IMG/VR virus record: IMGVR_UViG_3300033463_000024
Strand: one strand, 5' to 3'
DNA from: a virus
Lineage: Duplodnaviria; Heunggongvirae; Uroviricota; Caudoviricetes
DNA: 64,000 nt
In this document: piece after piece, positions 9,667-18,625 of the stretch
Layout: each line of letters begins with the position of its first letter
How positions within the stretch are numbered: position 1 is the stretch's first letter
Position numbers and translations under genes: made by a program
Notes under the pieces: model-generated
What the model saw: the letters and a program-made list of their open reading frames with translations, nothing else
Told to the model about the DNA's origin: nothing
Databases searched by the model: none

Positions 9667-9885
9667 ATGATATGGAATCCACATGCGTACATCGTTTCAG
9701 TCAAGGGTACTACCGGGAATGGAGCGGTGTTTAATGCAAGCTTTACCCATTGTTCATCCAAGGAAGGCATTGACTTGGCGGACGAGCTGACAGATGCCGC
9801 CAATCATCACGACTACAACGTTGATGACAGCGGGATAAAGAATATTGTCATCATGGGCGTGTTCGACTGCGGAAAGAACAGCTAA
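9667..9885 (+). CDS. hypothetical protein
   Basis: AGGAGG RBS. Confidence 0.7.
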   Translation: MIWNPHAYIVSVKGTTGNGAVFNASFTHCSSKEGIDLADELTDAANHHDYNVDDSGIKNIVIMGVFDCGKNS

Positions 9886-9894
9886 CCGGTGGCA

Positions 9895-9942
9895 ACCGTG
9901 TTCCAGGTGTCCCCGATCTTCGGGGACCTGGGGGAACATCGT
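9895..9942 (+). repeat. 48-bp element, copy 10
   Basis: Same boxes, 38-bp spacer. Confidence 0.95.
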
Positions 9943-9983
9943 AAGGGCACGAAACCAAAACAACTTAACAAAGGAGACAACCT

Positions 9984-10610
9984 ATGAACGAAAGACAGAA
10001 AGCCGCATTTGAACGTACTGAAAAGCGCTTAAAAGAGCGCTTGACCAGATATGAAAACGATGAACTTGCATTGAGCCTCATTGAATACAACCCGAAGAAG
10101 GATGGCACCGCACGCCAAAATTTCGCGGACAACTTTGCCATCCGTGGTCTTGGGACTGCATTGAAGTACCCTAGCGGCTACTCATGTCGCCGTGTGGAAG
10201 TGAAGCCAGTAACATACAACGGCTACAAGGGTTCTACTGTTAGAAGTCTTGACATCAGCGTTCTCGAAATTGAGAAGCCGGAGGACATGCAGAAGGCGGG
10301 AATTGACCGCCCGGTTAAGCATGTAAATGACGAACGTTTCGCATTCAGCATTTTCAGCGACTTCGAGGATATGCCGACAGATACTACTGCGGAACAGTAT
10401 GTGAAGGTCATCCATGAAAAGATCATTCCGGGAATCAGGGCAAAGCAGGAACAGATTAAGCAGGAACTTGCAATGCTCCCCGAAATGTTCAACCAGTTTA
10501 TCATCATGGGCAACATGTACAATAAACTGGAAAAGGAGACCGAGGGCTCGTACCTTTTGAAGTACGCCCTTAGCGACCTTGTTAAGTCAATCCCCGATTT
10601 GCACGACTAG
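9984..10610 (+). CDS. hypothetical protein
   Basis: RBS after repeat. Confidence 0.8.
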   Translation: MNERQKAAFERTEKRLKERLTRYENDELALSLIEYNPKKDGTARQNFADNFAIRGLGTALKYPSGYSCRRVEVKPVTYNGYKGSTVRSLDISVLEIEKPEDMQKAGIDRPVKHVNDERFAFSIFSDFEDMPTDTTAEQYVKVIHEKIIPGIRAKQEQIKQELAMLPEMFNQFIIMGNMYNKLEKETEGSYLLKYALSDLVKSIPDLHD

Positions 10611-10624
10611 ATTTGTTGTCTCCA

Positions 10625-10762
10625 GCCGGGCGTATGCAAGTGGGCACAAGCGCCCCGCGATTACCCAGATGAAATGACCCAAGACAGAGAGAACTGTTAG
10701 GGTGGGGAAAGTGGGGAGACGAGCTAAACATCGCCACGGAGGTTCGAATCCTTCCCCCGGCA
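10625..10762 (+). ncRNA. tRNA-like RNA with 52-nt insert replacing the anticodon loop
   Basis: Acceptor GCCGGG(C)G/CCCCGGC, D arm, stem CCCCGC/GTGGGG, long variable region, T arm GGAGG-TTCGAAT-CCTTC. Confidence 0.6.
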
Positions 10763-10840
10763 ATTTTTATTTTTATTTTTCTTCAAATCAGGTAACAACA
10801 ACAGAAACTTAGAAGCATTCAAATCCATATTGGAGAAGCT

Positions 10841-11005
10841 ATGCCAGGAAAGAAATATTTAATATCATATAATTGGAAACGCAACCTTAACGGTCAGTAT
10901 TGTTACTACGACCATTACGAAACCGATTCACTCGTTATAGCTATCGTAAAGTTTTTGCTATTAAAAAGAAAATATGAAGTAATGACAATCGAATATCGTG
11001 GCTAA
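10841..11005 (+). CDS. small hypothetical protein (54 aa), AT-rich island
   Basis: GGAG RBS, ATG...TAA read by hand. Confidence 0.55.
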   Translation: MPGKKYLISYNWKRNLNGQYCYYDHYETDSLVIAIVKFLLLKRKYEVMTIEYRG

Positions 11006-11033
11006 TGATATTTCCAAAAAGAGGAATTAAATA

Positions 11034-11303
11034 TTGAAAAATTCGCAAAAGGATAGATACTACAACAGACTGCAAAAATGTCTGAAGGAAATTGGTAAAC
11101 TCACTCCGTTGAGATATGTGGAATGGCATGAGCATCGTGATAAAGTCTTGAAAGAGTATGGATTTACGATGGATGATTATTACAAGATGTGCAGCCTGAC
11201 TGAATCCAACACTAAGGTCAGATGCGACGAAAGCGTTAGGACATTCAAGGAAAAACAAAAGATTATGCTTGACAAGAAGCTTGATGAATGTGAAATTCAA
11301 TGA
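11034..11303 (+). CDS. hypothetical protein, AT-rich island
   Basis: TTG start after AGAGGA. Confidence 0.65.
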   Translation: MKNSQKDRYYNRLQKCLKEIGKLTPLRYVEWHEHRDKVLKEYGFTMDDYYKMCSLTESNTKVRCDESVRTFKEKQKIMLDKKLDECEIQ

Positions 11304-11387
11304 GATTGATATGTTGAACCAAGTAGATTGTTGATTTAATGATACTTCCAAAAGAGGACTTAAATTAATAAAAGGAAAATAAAATTC

Positions 11388-11588
11388 ATGGAAAAAATCT
11401 TATTACTTATGGCATTTTCCCTATTAACAATCGGTTGCGGCGATACTTCAAATAATGCTATACAGCCGAAAGAAATTTGCCATTACGAGACTGCTTGCGC
11501 TGATGTACAAAGTGGTGGTTTTCGCGACAGACATTCTGGTTGTAAAAAACCATACCAGAAACAAGTTTGTGAAGAAATCCATTATTAA
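11388..11588 (+). CDS. putative small lipoprotein
   Basis: MEKILLLMAFSLLTIG-C signal peptide/lipobox-like. Confidence 0.65.
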   Translation: MEKILLLMAFSLLTIGCGDTSNNAIQPKEICHYETACADVQSGGFRDRHSGCKKPYQKQVCEEIHY

Positions 11589-11645
11589 GGTTTAATGGTA
11601 CTTTCAAAAAAGAGGACATAAATTAATAAAAGGAAAATAAAATTT

Positions 11646-11846
11646 ATGAAACAAATGCTTATCGGGTTCATTCTCGGCGTGGTCATGTGCCTATCCATGG
11701 GAGCTGAACTCTATCATCCGGTGCGTAGCATCATTACCCGTACCGAATCAAACTTCCGTCCTGACATTGCATCCGATTTCAAGGCGGTGCTGATGAACCA
11801 GGAAACAATCTACAACCTTATCAAGGACAGATGCCATTCCAACTAG
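11646..11846 (+). CDS. small secreted/membrane protein
   Basis: Hydrophobic N-terminus MKQMLIGFILGVVMCLSMGA. Confidence 0.65.
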   Translation: MKQMLIGFILGVVMCLSMGAELYHPVRSIITRTESNFRPDIASDFKAVLMNQETIYNLIKDRCHSN

Positions 11847-11852
11847 TCATGG

Positions 11853-11881
11853 TTGCCAAAGTTGTCATGGCATGCTACATT
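11853..11881 (+). promoter_or_regulatory. sigma70-like promoter (class II), leaderless
   Basis: TTGCCA-N17-TACATT, ATG 6 nt downstream. Confidence 0.75.
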
Positions 11882-11887
11882 TGAAGT

Positions 11888-12595
11888 ATGAAGAAGCTAA
11901 TCTTAAATATCCCGCACTCAACTCCATGCCTGGACTTTTCCAAATGGAAAGACCCCGAAGCCGCAAAGGCTGAACATGACAAGTGGACGGACTGGCATAC
12001 CGATGCCATGTTCAGTATCCTTGGCTCGTTCAACGAAGGCAAGGTCGAAAAGGTCGTGTTTGGTCGTTCCCGATATGAAGTGGACGTAGAACGCCTGCTC
12101 CATGACCCTATGGAGGGTATCGGGCAAGGCATCATCTATGACAGCTTGAAGAACGGGCAGGTGGAAGTCCGCGATGTATCCGTTGATGACTCCGTTGAGC
12201 TTACCCGCGCATACGTGAACCATTGGAACAAGGTGGCTTCGCTCTGTACGGGCGATGGATTGCTGATTGACTGTCATTCATTCCCTAGCGACTACAAGGA
12301 AGCGATGAACGCCAACGGGGAAATGGTAGATGTCTGCATCGGGTTCAACAATGACAACACGCATCCCGGCGAGGAAGTAATCAGGACAATCAAGCGAGAG
12401 TTTGAACTGCATGGGTACAAGGTGGGCATCAACTCCCCGTTCAGCAACGCGTTCGCCCCTGTTCCCAATTTCCCGTCCGTGATGATTGAACTCCGCAAGG
12501 GCATATATATGGATGAAGGCACCCTAAAACTTCTGTCGGGTGCCTACAAAGTGAATCAGGTCTTGAACGAGATATACAGAATCCTGACGGCCTAG
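11888..12595 (+). CDS. N-formylglutamate amidohydrolase family protein
   Basis: IPHS, SRYEVDVER, IDCHSF, VMIELRKGIYMDE motifs. Confidence 0.85.
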   Translation: MKKLILNIPHSTPCLDFSKWKDPEAAKAEHDKWTDWHTDAMFSILGSFNEGKVEKVVFGRSRYEVDVERLLHDPMEGIGQGIIYDSLKNGQVEVRDVSVDDSVELTRAYVNHWNKVASLCTGDGLLIDCHSFPSDYKEAMNANGEMVDVCIGFNNDNTHPGEEVIRTIKREFELHGYKVGINSPFSNAFAPVPNFPSVMIELRKGIYMDEGTLKLLSGAYKVNQVLNEIYRILTA

Positions 12596-13263
12596 TGATT
12601 GACTTGGCTATTCCATTTTTCCAAGTAAGACGGTAGACCCCTCATAATCACATCGGGTCTACCGTCTTTTTCGTAGTCCCAGTTGCTAGGGGCAAACCTA
12701 TCGTCCCAATGATACAAGCCCTTGTGCTCGTCATCAAGGTCGGGTAGCTGTTCAAATCCTGCATCGGAATAGACCTTCGTGAGTCTGCCGATGTCGTAGT
12801 GGTCAAGGTGGTCGCCACCGAGTTCCTTCGCCTTCTCAATCATGGAGGGAGCAACGCCCCTGATGTTCGTATTGTTATGGACCGAAACGATGTCGCCATC
12901 GCCCTTGATGGCAAATCCTGCATCAAAGCCCGCGACCTTGTACAGACGGGTACCGGTTCCGGCATATTCTTCCTTGGTGTACCATGTCAATGCCGCGGGA
13001 TGTCTGGACTTGCGAAGCGACTCCATGAAAATCGGGTAGTCATGGTCAAGGTCGCCATTGGTGTCCCAAATCCCGTTACGGATATTGCTGAAGATTTCGG
13101 ATTCGGGCATGTCCTCCCCGGCTTCGTCAAGGATGTTGCTGAAAGCGGACTTGCGGTGTTCCGTAGTGGAGTCGCCAAACAAAGCGTTGTTGGCTTCCAA
13201 GCAAGCCTGTCTGAACTGCCCGTTTGCCGATTCCATGATTGCCTGATGCAATTTCGCCCACAT
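12592..13263 (-). CDS. hypothetical phage protein (possible GNAT-like fold)
   Basis: Long ORF opposite to neighbours; GFAIKGDGDIVSVHN...GGDHLDHYD...GRPDVIMR. Confidence 0.7.
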   Translation of the reverse strand: MWAKLHQAIMESANGQFRQACLEANNALFGDSTTEHRKSAFSNILDEAGEDMPESEIFSNIRNGIWDTNGDLDHDYPIFMESLRKSRHPAALTWYTKEEYAGTGTRLYKVAGFDAGFAIKGDGDIVSVHNNTNIRGVAPSMIEKAKELGGDHLDHYDIGRLTKVYSDAGFEQLPDLDDEHKGLYHWDDRFAPSNWDYEKDGRPDVIMRGLPSYLEKWNSQVNH

Positions 13264-13310
13264 AATAATACCTTACTGAATTTTACAGCAGTTTATAAGA
13301 TCCCGTCCCA

Positions 13311-13358
13311 ACCGTGTCCCATGTGTCCCCGATCTTCGGGGACCTGGGGGACCATCGT
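13311..13358 (+). repeat. 48-bp element, copy 11
   Basis: Same boxes, 38-bp spacer. Confidence 0.95.
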
Positions 13359-13384
13359 AACGGCATCAAACAAAGGAGACAAAC

Positions 13385-13699
13385 ATGCAAGTACCGTTTA
13401 AGGACAAGAAGAACTACCTCAAAGACGAATCCAGAAAACTAGAAGGCTTCGAAATGGGGTGGATCATGAAGGAGTACGATGATGCGGAACACGGAAACTC
13501 CGTATCTCTCTATGGCCTGAACAAGGGCCAGGCGTTTGATATCAGCAACAAAGGTGCCCGCGCCACCGTGGCATTAAAGTCCTGCTATGTCGTTGAATAC
13601 ATGTTCAACGAGACGAGCAATACCGTTGTGTTCACCGATGATGACCTGGAAGGTGCCATCGACTACACCCTCAAACTTATCGCCCTCGCGAAGGCATAA
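13385..13699 (+). CDS. hypothetical protein
   Basis: RBS after repeat. Confidence 0.75.
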   Translation: MQVPFKDKKNYLKDESRKLEGFEMGWIMKEYDDAEHGNSVSLYGLNKGQAFDISNKGARATVALKSCYVVEYMFNETSNTVVFTDDDLEGAIDYTLKLIALAKA

Positions 13700-13743
13700 G
13701 AGAACCGCAAGAAACGAAAGCATCAAACAAAGGAGACTACATC

Positions 13744-14172
13744 ATGCCCGAAATTAACGATGAAAACAAGCCGGAAGGCTACTTCATGCCTGAACATATC
13801 CCGCAGACCATCGAGGACATCCGCGTGGGCGATGTGTTCCATAGCCATTGTGTCGCAACGATGGCATGCAACTACTATTACAAGGTCATCAAGCGTACTG
13901 CAAAGTTCGTAACCCTGCGCGAATTGCGCTCGATTGAACGCGGTACCGGATTCTTCCAAGGCGTCCAGTATCCGATTGACGAGTTCATGGACCAGTCGTC
14001 CTGCTATAACAGACGCCGAAAGGAATACCCGGATGGAAAGGTCTATGCCGAGGTTACCCGCAGGCTCCCGACAGAACTCGACAGGGAAGGACGTATTTGG
14101 GTCAAACTTGAAGACTATGAATACGCAACCCCGTGGGATGGCAAACTCAACTATTTTGACCACGCAGACTAG
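13744..14172 (+). CDS. hypothetical phage protein
   Basis: AAGGAGAC RBS. Confidence 0.8.
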   Translation: MPEINDENKPEGYFMPEHIPQTIEDIRVGDVFHSHCVATMACNYYYKVIKRTAKFVTLRELRSIERGTGFFQGVQYPIDEFMDQSSCYNRRRKEYPDGKVYAEVTRRLPTELDREGRIWVKLEDYEYATPWDGKLNYFDHAD

Positions 14173-14181
14173 GAGTTCACT

Positions 14182-14229
14182 ACCGTGTCGAAATACCCCC
14201 GGTTCCATGGGGACCTGGGGGACTATCGT
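14182..14229 (+). repeat. 48-bp element, copy 12
   Basis: Same boxes, 38-bp spacer. Confidence 0.93.
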
Positions 14230-14259
14230 ATGGACATCACTCAAACAAAGGAGACAACC

Positions 14260-14646
14260 ATGTCAATCAAGAACAACAGAGTTTACATCGCCGTAGGCAT
14301 GTTCTGCGGTACTGACGATTCCGACCTTTTGGCCCCGGAAGTATACGAAAGCCGCGAGGATGCTCGCAAGGCTATCATCGAGGCAATTCTCGGCGCGGCA
14401 GCGAGTGCGGAACTCATGGACGAGGAAAGACACCTCGTCAAGGACGAGTTCGGCAACGATGACCGTGTGGTTGTCACGGTTCAAGGAATGGTCGATGGCA
14501 AGAATGTCATTGACGATTCCCTCACCGTGCTCACCGATGAAGAAATTGACAGGGTTGTCCCTGCCGATGTAAGGCGCATCACCATCAAGGACAATTCCTA
14601 TGATGAATACTGGACATGGGAAATCCATGAAAAGGCCATCGGCTAA
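14260..14646 (+). CDS. hypothetical protein
   Basis: ATG after RBS. Confidence 0.8.
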   Translation: MSIKNNRVYIAVGMFCGTDDSDLLAPEVYESREDARKAIIEAILGAAASAELMDEERHLVKDEFGNDDRVVVTVQGMVDGKNVIDDSLTVLTDEEIDRVVPADVRRITIKDNSYDEYWTWEIHEKAIG

Positions 14647-14657
14647 GGAGGCACAAT

Positions 14658-15173
14658 ATGGGAACACGCTCTACAATCGGATTCCGTTCCGGCAATGAAG
14701 TCCGCTACATCTATGTGGCAACCGATGGCTTCAACCACGGCGCAACACTTGAAAAGATTGGACATGACGCATGTCTAAAACTTTGGGAGCAAATCGGCGA
14801 AGCCGAGAAAAACGGGCAGAAGGTATGGCTGGACCACCTCTATACCGATGATGTGCTTCCTATTGACTGGGCGGTCGTTCAGCCAAATGCGCGTACCCCG
14901 ATTGTCGCGTCCGAAAAGAACTGGAGCAAGGCATATCTTGAAACCCAGTCCTTCCAGTTGAGCGGCATCGTCAAGGTGGAAACGAACTGGAAGAATAAAG
15001 TCAGCCCGTTCGACCTGATGCACCTTATCAACATGGAAGGAACCGTGTGGCTCTATGACCTGGACAGCGACAAGGTGTTCTTCATGGGCGACCCCGGCGT
15101 TGTCGAAGACCTGGTGTACAACCACAAACCCGCAAGTTCCACCGGAATTGTAAAAAAGCAGATCGAGTTCTAG
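14658..15173 (+). CDS. hypothetical phage protein
   Basis: AGGAGG RBS; MGTRSTIG N-terminus. Confidence 0.8.
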   Translation: MGTRSTIGFRSGNEVRYIYVATDGFNHGATLEKIGHDACLKLWEQIGEAEKNGQKVWLDHLYTDDVLPIDWAVVQPNARTPIVASEKNWSKAYLETQSFQLSGIVKVETNWKNKVSPFDLMHLINMEGTVWLYDLDSDKVFFMGDPGVVEDLVYNHKPASSTGIVKKQIEF

Positions 15174-15176
15174 ACA

Positions 15177-15224
15177 ACCGTGCCGGGAATCCCCCGGATC
15201 CACGGGGGCCTGGGGGCTCATCGT
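15177..15224 (+). repeat. 48-bp element, copy 13
   Basis: Stem CCCCCG/CGGGGG. Confidence 0.93.
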
Positions 15225-15251
15225 AATGGCGTACCAAACAAGGAGAACAAC

Positions 15252-15740
15252 ATGCAGAAACTGATTTTCTTCCATACCTACATGGGAGCCCGGTGTGACA
15301 GTCCGTTCAAGGGTAAAAAGCCTGTGGATGTGCTCGGCTACGGGAAGATGGTAAAGCCGCGCACAGTCGATCCCAAGACCGTACTGGGCAAGCTTTTCGG
15401 CATTGGCAACAGCATGATGGAGCCGATGTCTAATGAATGGATTGCCGATGAACTCAACATGTCTAGCATTAGACAGCCCGAAGTCACCCGCCTTATCCAT
15501 GAAAATGTGGACGAAAGCCGGATGATTGACTGGGTTTCCGAAGAAGACGATGGAAGCTGCGAAGACGGTTTCCCGATGCGTAAGTTCGTGGACGCATACT
15601 TTTTCTCGAAGGACGATTGCGACCGCGTTGTGGGCATCCTCAACCAAAAGTTTACCGCCATGGCAAAACGCCAGGCCAAGCGCGAGAACAAGACACTTGA
15701 ACAGGTCGCCAAGGAACTCGGCGCCGAACTCGAAGCATAG
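15252..15740 (+). CDS. hypothetical protein
   Basis: ATG after AAGGAG. Confidence 0.8.
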   Translation: MQKLIFFHTYMGARCDSPFKGKKPVDVLGYGKMVKPRTVDPKTVLGKLFGIGNSMMEPMSNEWIADELNMSSIRQPEVTRLIHENVDESRMIDWVSEEDDGSCEDGFPMRKFVDAYFFSKDDCDRVVGILNQKFTAMAKRQAKRENKTLEQVAKELGAELEA

Positions 15741-15744
15741 ACCT

Positions 15745-15792
15745 ACCGTCCGACTATGCGCCCGGATCCACGGGGACCTGGGGGCACATCGT
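15745..15792 (+). repeat. 48-bp element, copy 14
   Basis: Same boxes, 38-bp spacer. Confidence 0.93.
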
Positions 15793-15820
15793 ATGAGCAT
15801 AACAAACAAGGAGACATATC

Positions 15821-15982
15821 ATGATTTACGATTTTGCACAACAATCTCCGCGAATCCTTATCGACGAAGGCGATGGGCACCTTGTGGACCGTAGAACCGC
15901 AGACAATCTTAAAAACGGGAATCCCATATTTTATAGCACGGACGAAAACGGGCACGCCGTTCCGGCATTCAACAAGGAGTAA
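15821..15982 (+). CDS. small hypothetical protein (53 aa)
   Basis: AAGGAGAC RBS, MIYDFAQQ...FNKE*. Confidence 0.65.
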   Translation: MIYDFAQQSPRILIDEGDGHLVDRRTADNLKNGNPIFYSTDENGHAVPAFNKE

Positions 15983-15985
15983 ACA

Positions 15986-16816
15986 ATGAAACATTCCAAG
16001 ACCGTAATTACATTTCCGTACGACATGGCATGCGACATCAAGTACCTTCCCACTAGCCGCCACAAGAAGCCGCATACTATCCGTGGTAGCCACCGCGTAT
16101 GCGGAAGCATCCCAGTCCTTGAAGAAAAGGACTTCCCGCTTGCATTCACTGTGACTACTTACCGCACCGTCTGCCCGAAAGCAAAGACACAGAAAGACCT
16201 CTCCGAACACCTCCCGACCAAGGCCGGGTACTTCCCCATCCATGTCCGCGCATACAATGGCAAGTTCTACAGACAGTACCAGTACGGATTCGGCACAGTC
16301 GAAACCACGTGCGGGGCCAAGTGCGGAGTCAAGAACGTGGAAGGGTTCAGATATGAAGTGGAACGCTATTTCGCATCGCGAAACTACGGAATCAAGATGA
16401 CCCCGCCGGAAACTGGCAAGTTCCTTGACAAATCCATTCAGCTTGAAGAACACATATACGAGTTGTCCAAAATGCAGTCGGACGATAGAAAATGCTTCAT
16501 CGAGTTCTGCAATCAATATGTAAGTTTCAAGGGAAAGCTTTGGGTTGAATGTGGCGAGCCGTTCTACCACTACATGACATTCGGCATGGGTCATGGCAAC
16601 GGCGGTACAGCGTTCTTCGTGGGATTCGCGAAGCAATGGCTTACATGGCACGAGGGAAGTAACGTGTACAACGCCTTCCATCGCGAAAAATGTCTCAAGA
16701 AAGCCCGCGAAATCGCAACCCGGCGGGGCGACAGCATGAACCTGCTGAACAACCCGAAGGAGAATATTCAAGTTTTCCTCCCGAAACTTGTAAAAATCAA
16801 GGAAAATATTTTCTAA
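15986..16816 (+). CDS. hypothetical phage protein
   Basis: AAGGAG RBS, 276 aa. Confidence 0.8.
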   Translation: MKHSKTVITFPYDMACDIKYLPTSRHKKPHTIRGSHRVCGSIPVLEEKDFPLAFTVTTYRTVCPKAKTQKDLSEHLPTKAGYFPIHVRAYNGKFYRQYQYGFGTVETTCGAKCGVKNVEGFRYEVERYFASRNYGIKMTPPETGKFLDKSIQLEEHIYELSKMQSDDRKCFIEFCNQYVSFKGKLWVECGEPFYHYMTFGMGHGNGGTAFFVGFAKQWLTWHEGSNVYNAFHREKCLKKAREIATRRGDSMNLLNNPKENIQVFLPKLVKIKENIF

Positions 16817-16828
16817 ATTACGATTTAC

Positions 16829-16875
16829 TAAATCGTGATTTGGTAGATTTGTTGTCTCCGCGTCCCCCTGTCCCA
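16829..16875 (+). repeat. 47-bp direct repeat, left copy (flanks endonuclease)
   Basis: TAAATCGTGATTTGGTAGATTTGTTGTCTCCGCGTCCCCCTGTCCCA; 1 mismatch to 18207-18253. Confidence 0.95.
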
Positions 16876-16961
16876 CCGTTACGATATGGTTCTCACCCGG
16901 TTCTCATTGAGGAACCATACGGTGCTACGAGGGGGATATAATATATGTAAAAGGAGTATCT

Positions 16962-18209
16962 ATGGGATATACTTGTGGTCGTCATTTAACTAAAACTCTA
17001 TGTAGGCGTATAGCGAAAACATGTAGCACAATTACTGAATTTGCGAAAAAAGATATCCCCGCATATAACAAAGCATTAGCCAATGGATGGCTTGATGAAT
17101 GGTTTATCCGACTATCCCACAAACCTTTTACTAAAGAAGATTGCTTACTTATAGCAAAACAATGTTCATCTCGTGCTGAGTTTAAGCGTAAATCTCACGC
17201 GGCTTATAACAATGCATTACAGAATGGGTGGATAGATGAATATGCATGGTTCAAAACAACAGCCGAACTTAGACGGGAAAGACGCACCTTTACCGATGAT
17301 GATGTAATTAACGCATCTAAGAAATATACTAAACTAAGTGATTTTTCCAAAGCTGAACCGGCCCGTTGTGCTATGGCATATAAAAGAGGTTTAATTAATA
17401 AAATGCCGTGGCTAACTCGTAATGCTGAAGTAATGAACCGAAAATGCCTTGATTGTGTTTATGTTTATGAATTTTCGCTACATAAAGTTGCTTATATCGG
17501 ACGTTCGGTAGAACCACATTGCCGAGACATTAAGCATCATAAGTCTACCGATGTCGTTGCTCGCTATGCAATAGCTCACCATTTGCAAATTCCAACGATG
17601 AAAATTCTTAAAGATGGCATCACTTATAAACAAGGGGCAATGCTAGAAGCTAAAATGATGCAGACTTATATCAACCGCGGCTGGCATCTTTTAAATAAAG
17701 CACCGGCGGGAAGTATTGGTGGACTAGGTGCCGGAAAACTTACTAAAACCTATTGTATCAATGTCGCTCGTAAATACGCCACGGTTGCCGAGCTAGTAGC
17801 TAATGATGGTTCAGTATATAACAAATTATGCAAATGTAAATGGCTTTCGGAATGCGATTGGCTTCATAAGAAACATGTCCCTAAAGGAACTTGGAGCAAT
17901 ATGTCAAAGGAAGAACTTTTATTGGAAGCCCGTAAATATTCCTCTCGAAATGAATTAATGGATAAATTGAAAAGCGTGTATGAGATTATTCGCGCAAATG
18001 GATGGATGCCCGAAGTATTCCCGAATAGCCTCAGTGCGCCTAAAAAGGTTGCCCAATGCACAACAGATGGGAGACTCATTTGTATTCATAATTCAATTAG
18101 TGATGCCGCTAAAGCGTTAAACACTAAGAATCCGTGTATTTCGGCAATTTGCCGTGGAGTACCCGGTAAGCACACTTGCAAAGGGTTTACATTTAAGTTC
18201 GTGGAGTAA
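16962..18209 (+). CDS. GIY-YIG-type homing endonuclease with helical repeats and C-terminal NUMOD1-like HTH
   Basis: CVYVY...AYIGRS motif; five ~38-aa repeats; VAQCTTDG...SISDAAKAL...ISAICRG...KGFTFKF; visibly AT-richer DNA. Confidence 0.8.
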   Translation: MGYTCGRHLTKTLCRRIAKTCSTITEFAKKDIPAYNKALANGWLDEWFIRLSHKPFTKEDCLLIAKQCSSRAEFKRKSHAAYNNALQNGWIDEYAWFKTTAELRRERRTFTDDDVINASKKYTKLSDFSKAEPARCAMAYKRGLINKMPWLTRNAEVMNRKCLDCVYVYEFSLHKVAYIGRSVEPHCRDIKHHKSTDVVARYAIAHHLQIPTMKILKDGITYKQGAMLEAKMMQTYINRGWHLLNKAPAGSIGGLGAGKLTKTYCINVARKYATVAELVANDGSVYNKLCKCKWLSECDWLHKKHVPKGTWSNMSKEELLLEARKYSSRNELMDKLKSVYEIIRANGWMPEVFPNSLSAPKKVAQCTTDGRLICIHNSISDAAKALNTKNPCISAICRGVPGKHTCKGFTFKFVE

Positions 18210-18253
18210 ATCGTGATTTGGTAGATTTGTTGTCTCCACGTCCCCCTGTCCCC
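18207..18253 (+). repeat. 47-bp direct repeat, right copy
   Basis: Starts with the endonuclease stop codon; overlaps repeat copy 15. Confidence 0.95.
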
Positions 18254-18282
18254 ATTGTCTCCGGGGACACGGGGGATTATCG
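18235..18282 (+). repeat. 48-bp element, copy 15 (degenerate)
   Basis: CCCCCTGTCCC...GGGACACGGGGG-ATT-ATCGT; ACCGT box missing. Confidence 0.75.
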
Positions 18283-18323
18283 TAAAGGCACAAACAATAA
18301 CCACTTAGCAAAAGGAAACAGTC

Positions 18324-18617
18324 ATGCAGGAAAACAAGAAAACCAACCCCATGCTTCTCATCTATCTCGTTATATTCTTCATTGCCTTGTGTACATACGG
18401 TTTCGGCTACTATGCCGGTTCGAACTCCGATCCGTTCAAAGTTTCCCAAGCAATGGAAGCCAGCGATGAGGCGAACAGGAGTCTCCATGCCGAGTTGTCC
18501 AAGTGCAGAGAAGAACTGTCCGCATTCCAGATGCGTCTAAGAATCAACAGCGTAGCACAGATGGATTCGATACTCGCCGACATTAAGGCAAAGTATGCCG
18601 AGTCCAACAAGAAGTAG
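18324..18617 (+). CDS. membrane-anchored coiled-coil protein
   Basis: N-terminal TM MLLIYLVIFFIALCTYGFGY. Confidence 0.75.
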   Translation: MQENKKTNPMLLIYLVIFFIALCTYGFGYYAGSNSDPFKVSQAMEASDEANRSLHAELSKCREELSAFQMRLRINSVAQMDSILADIKAKYAESNKK

Positions 18618-18625
18618 GAGGAATT

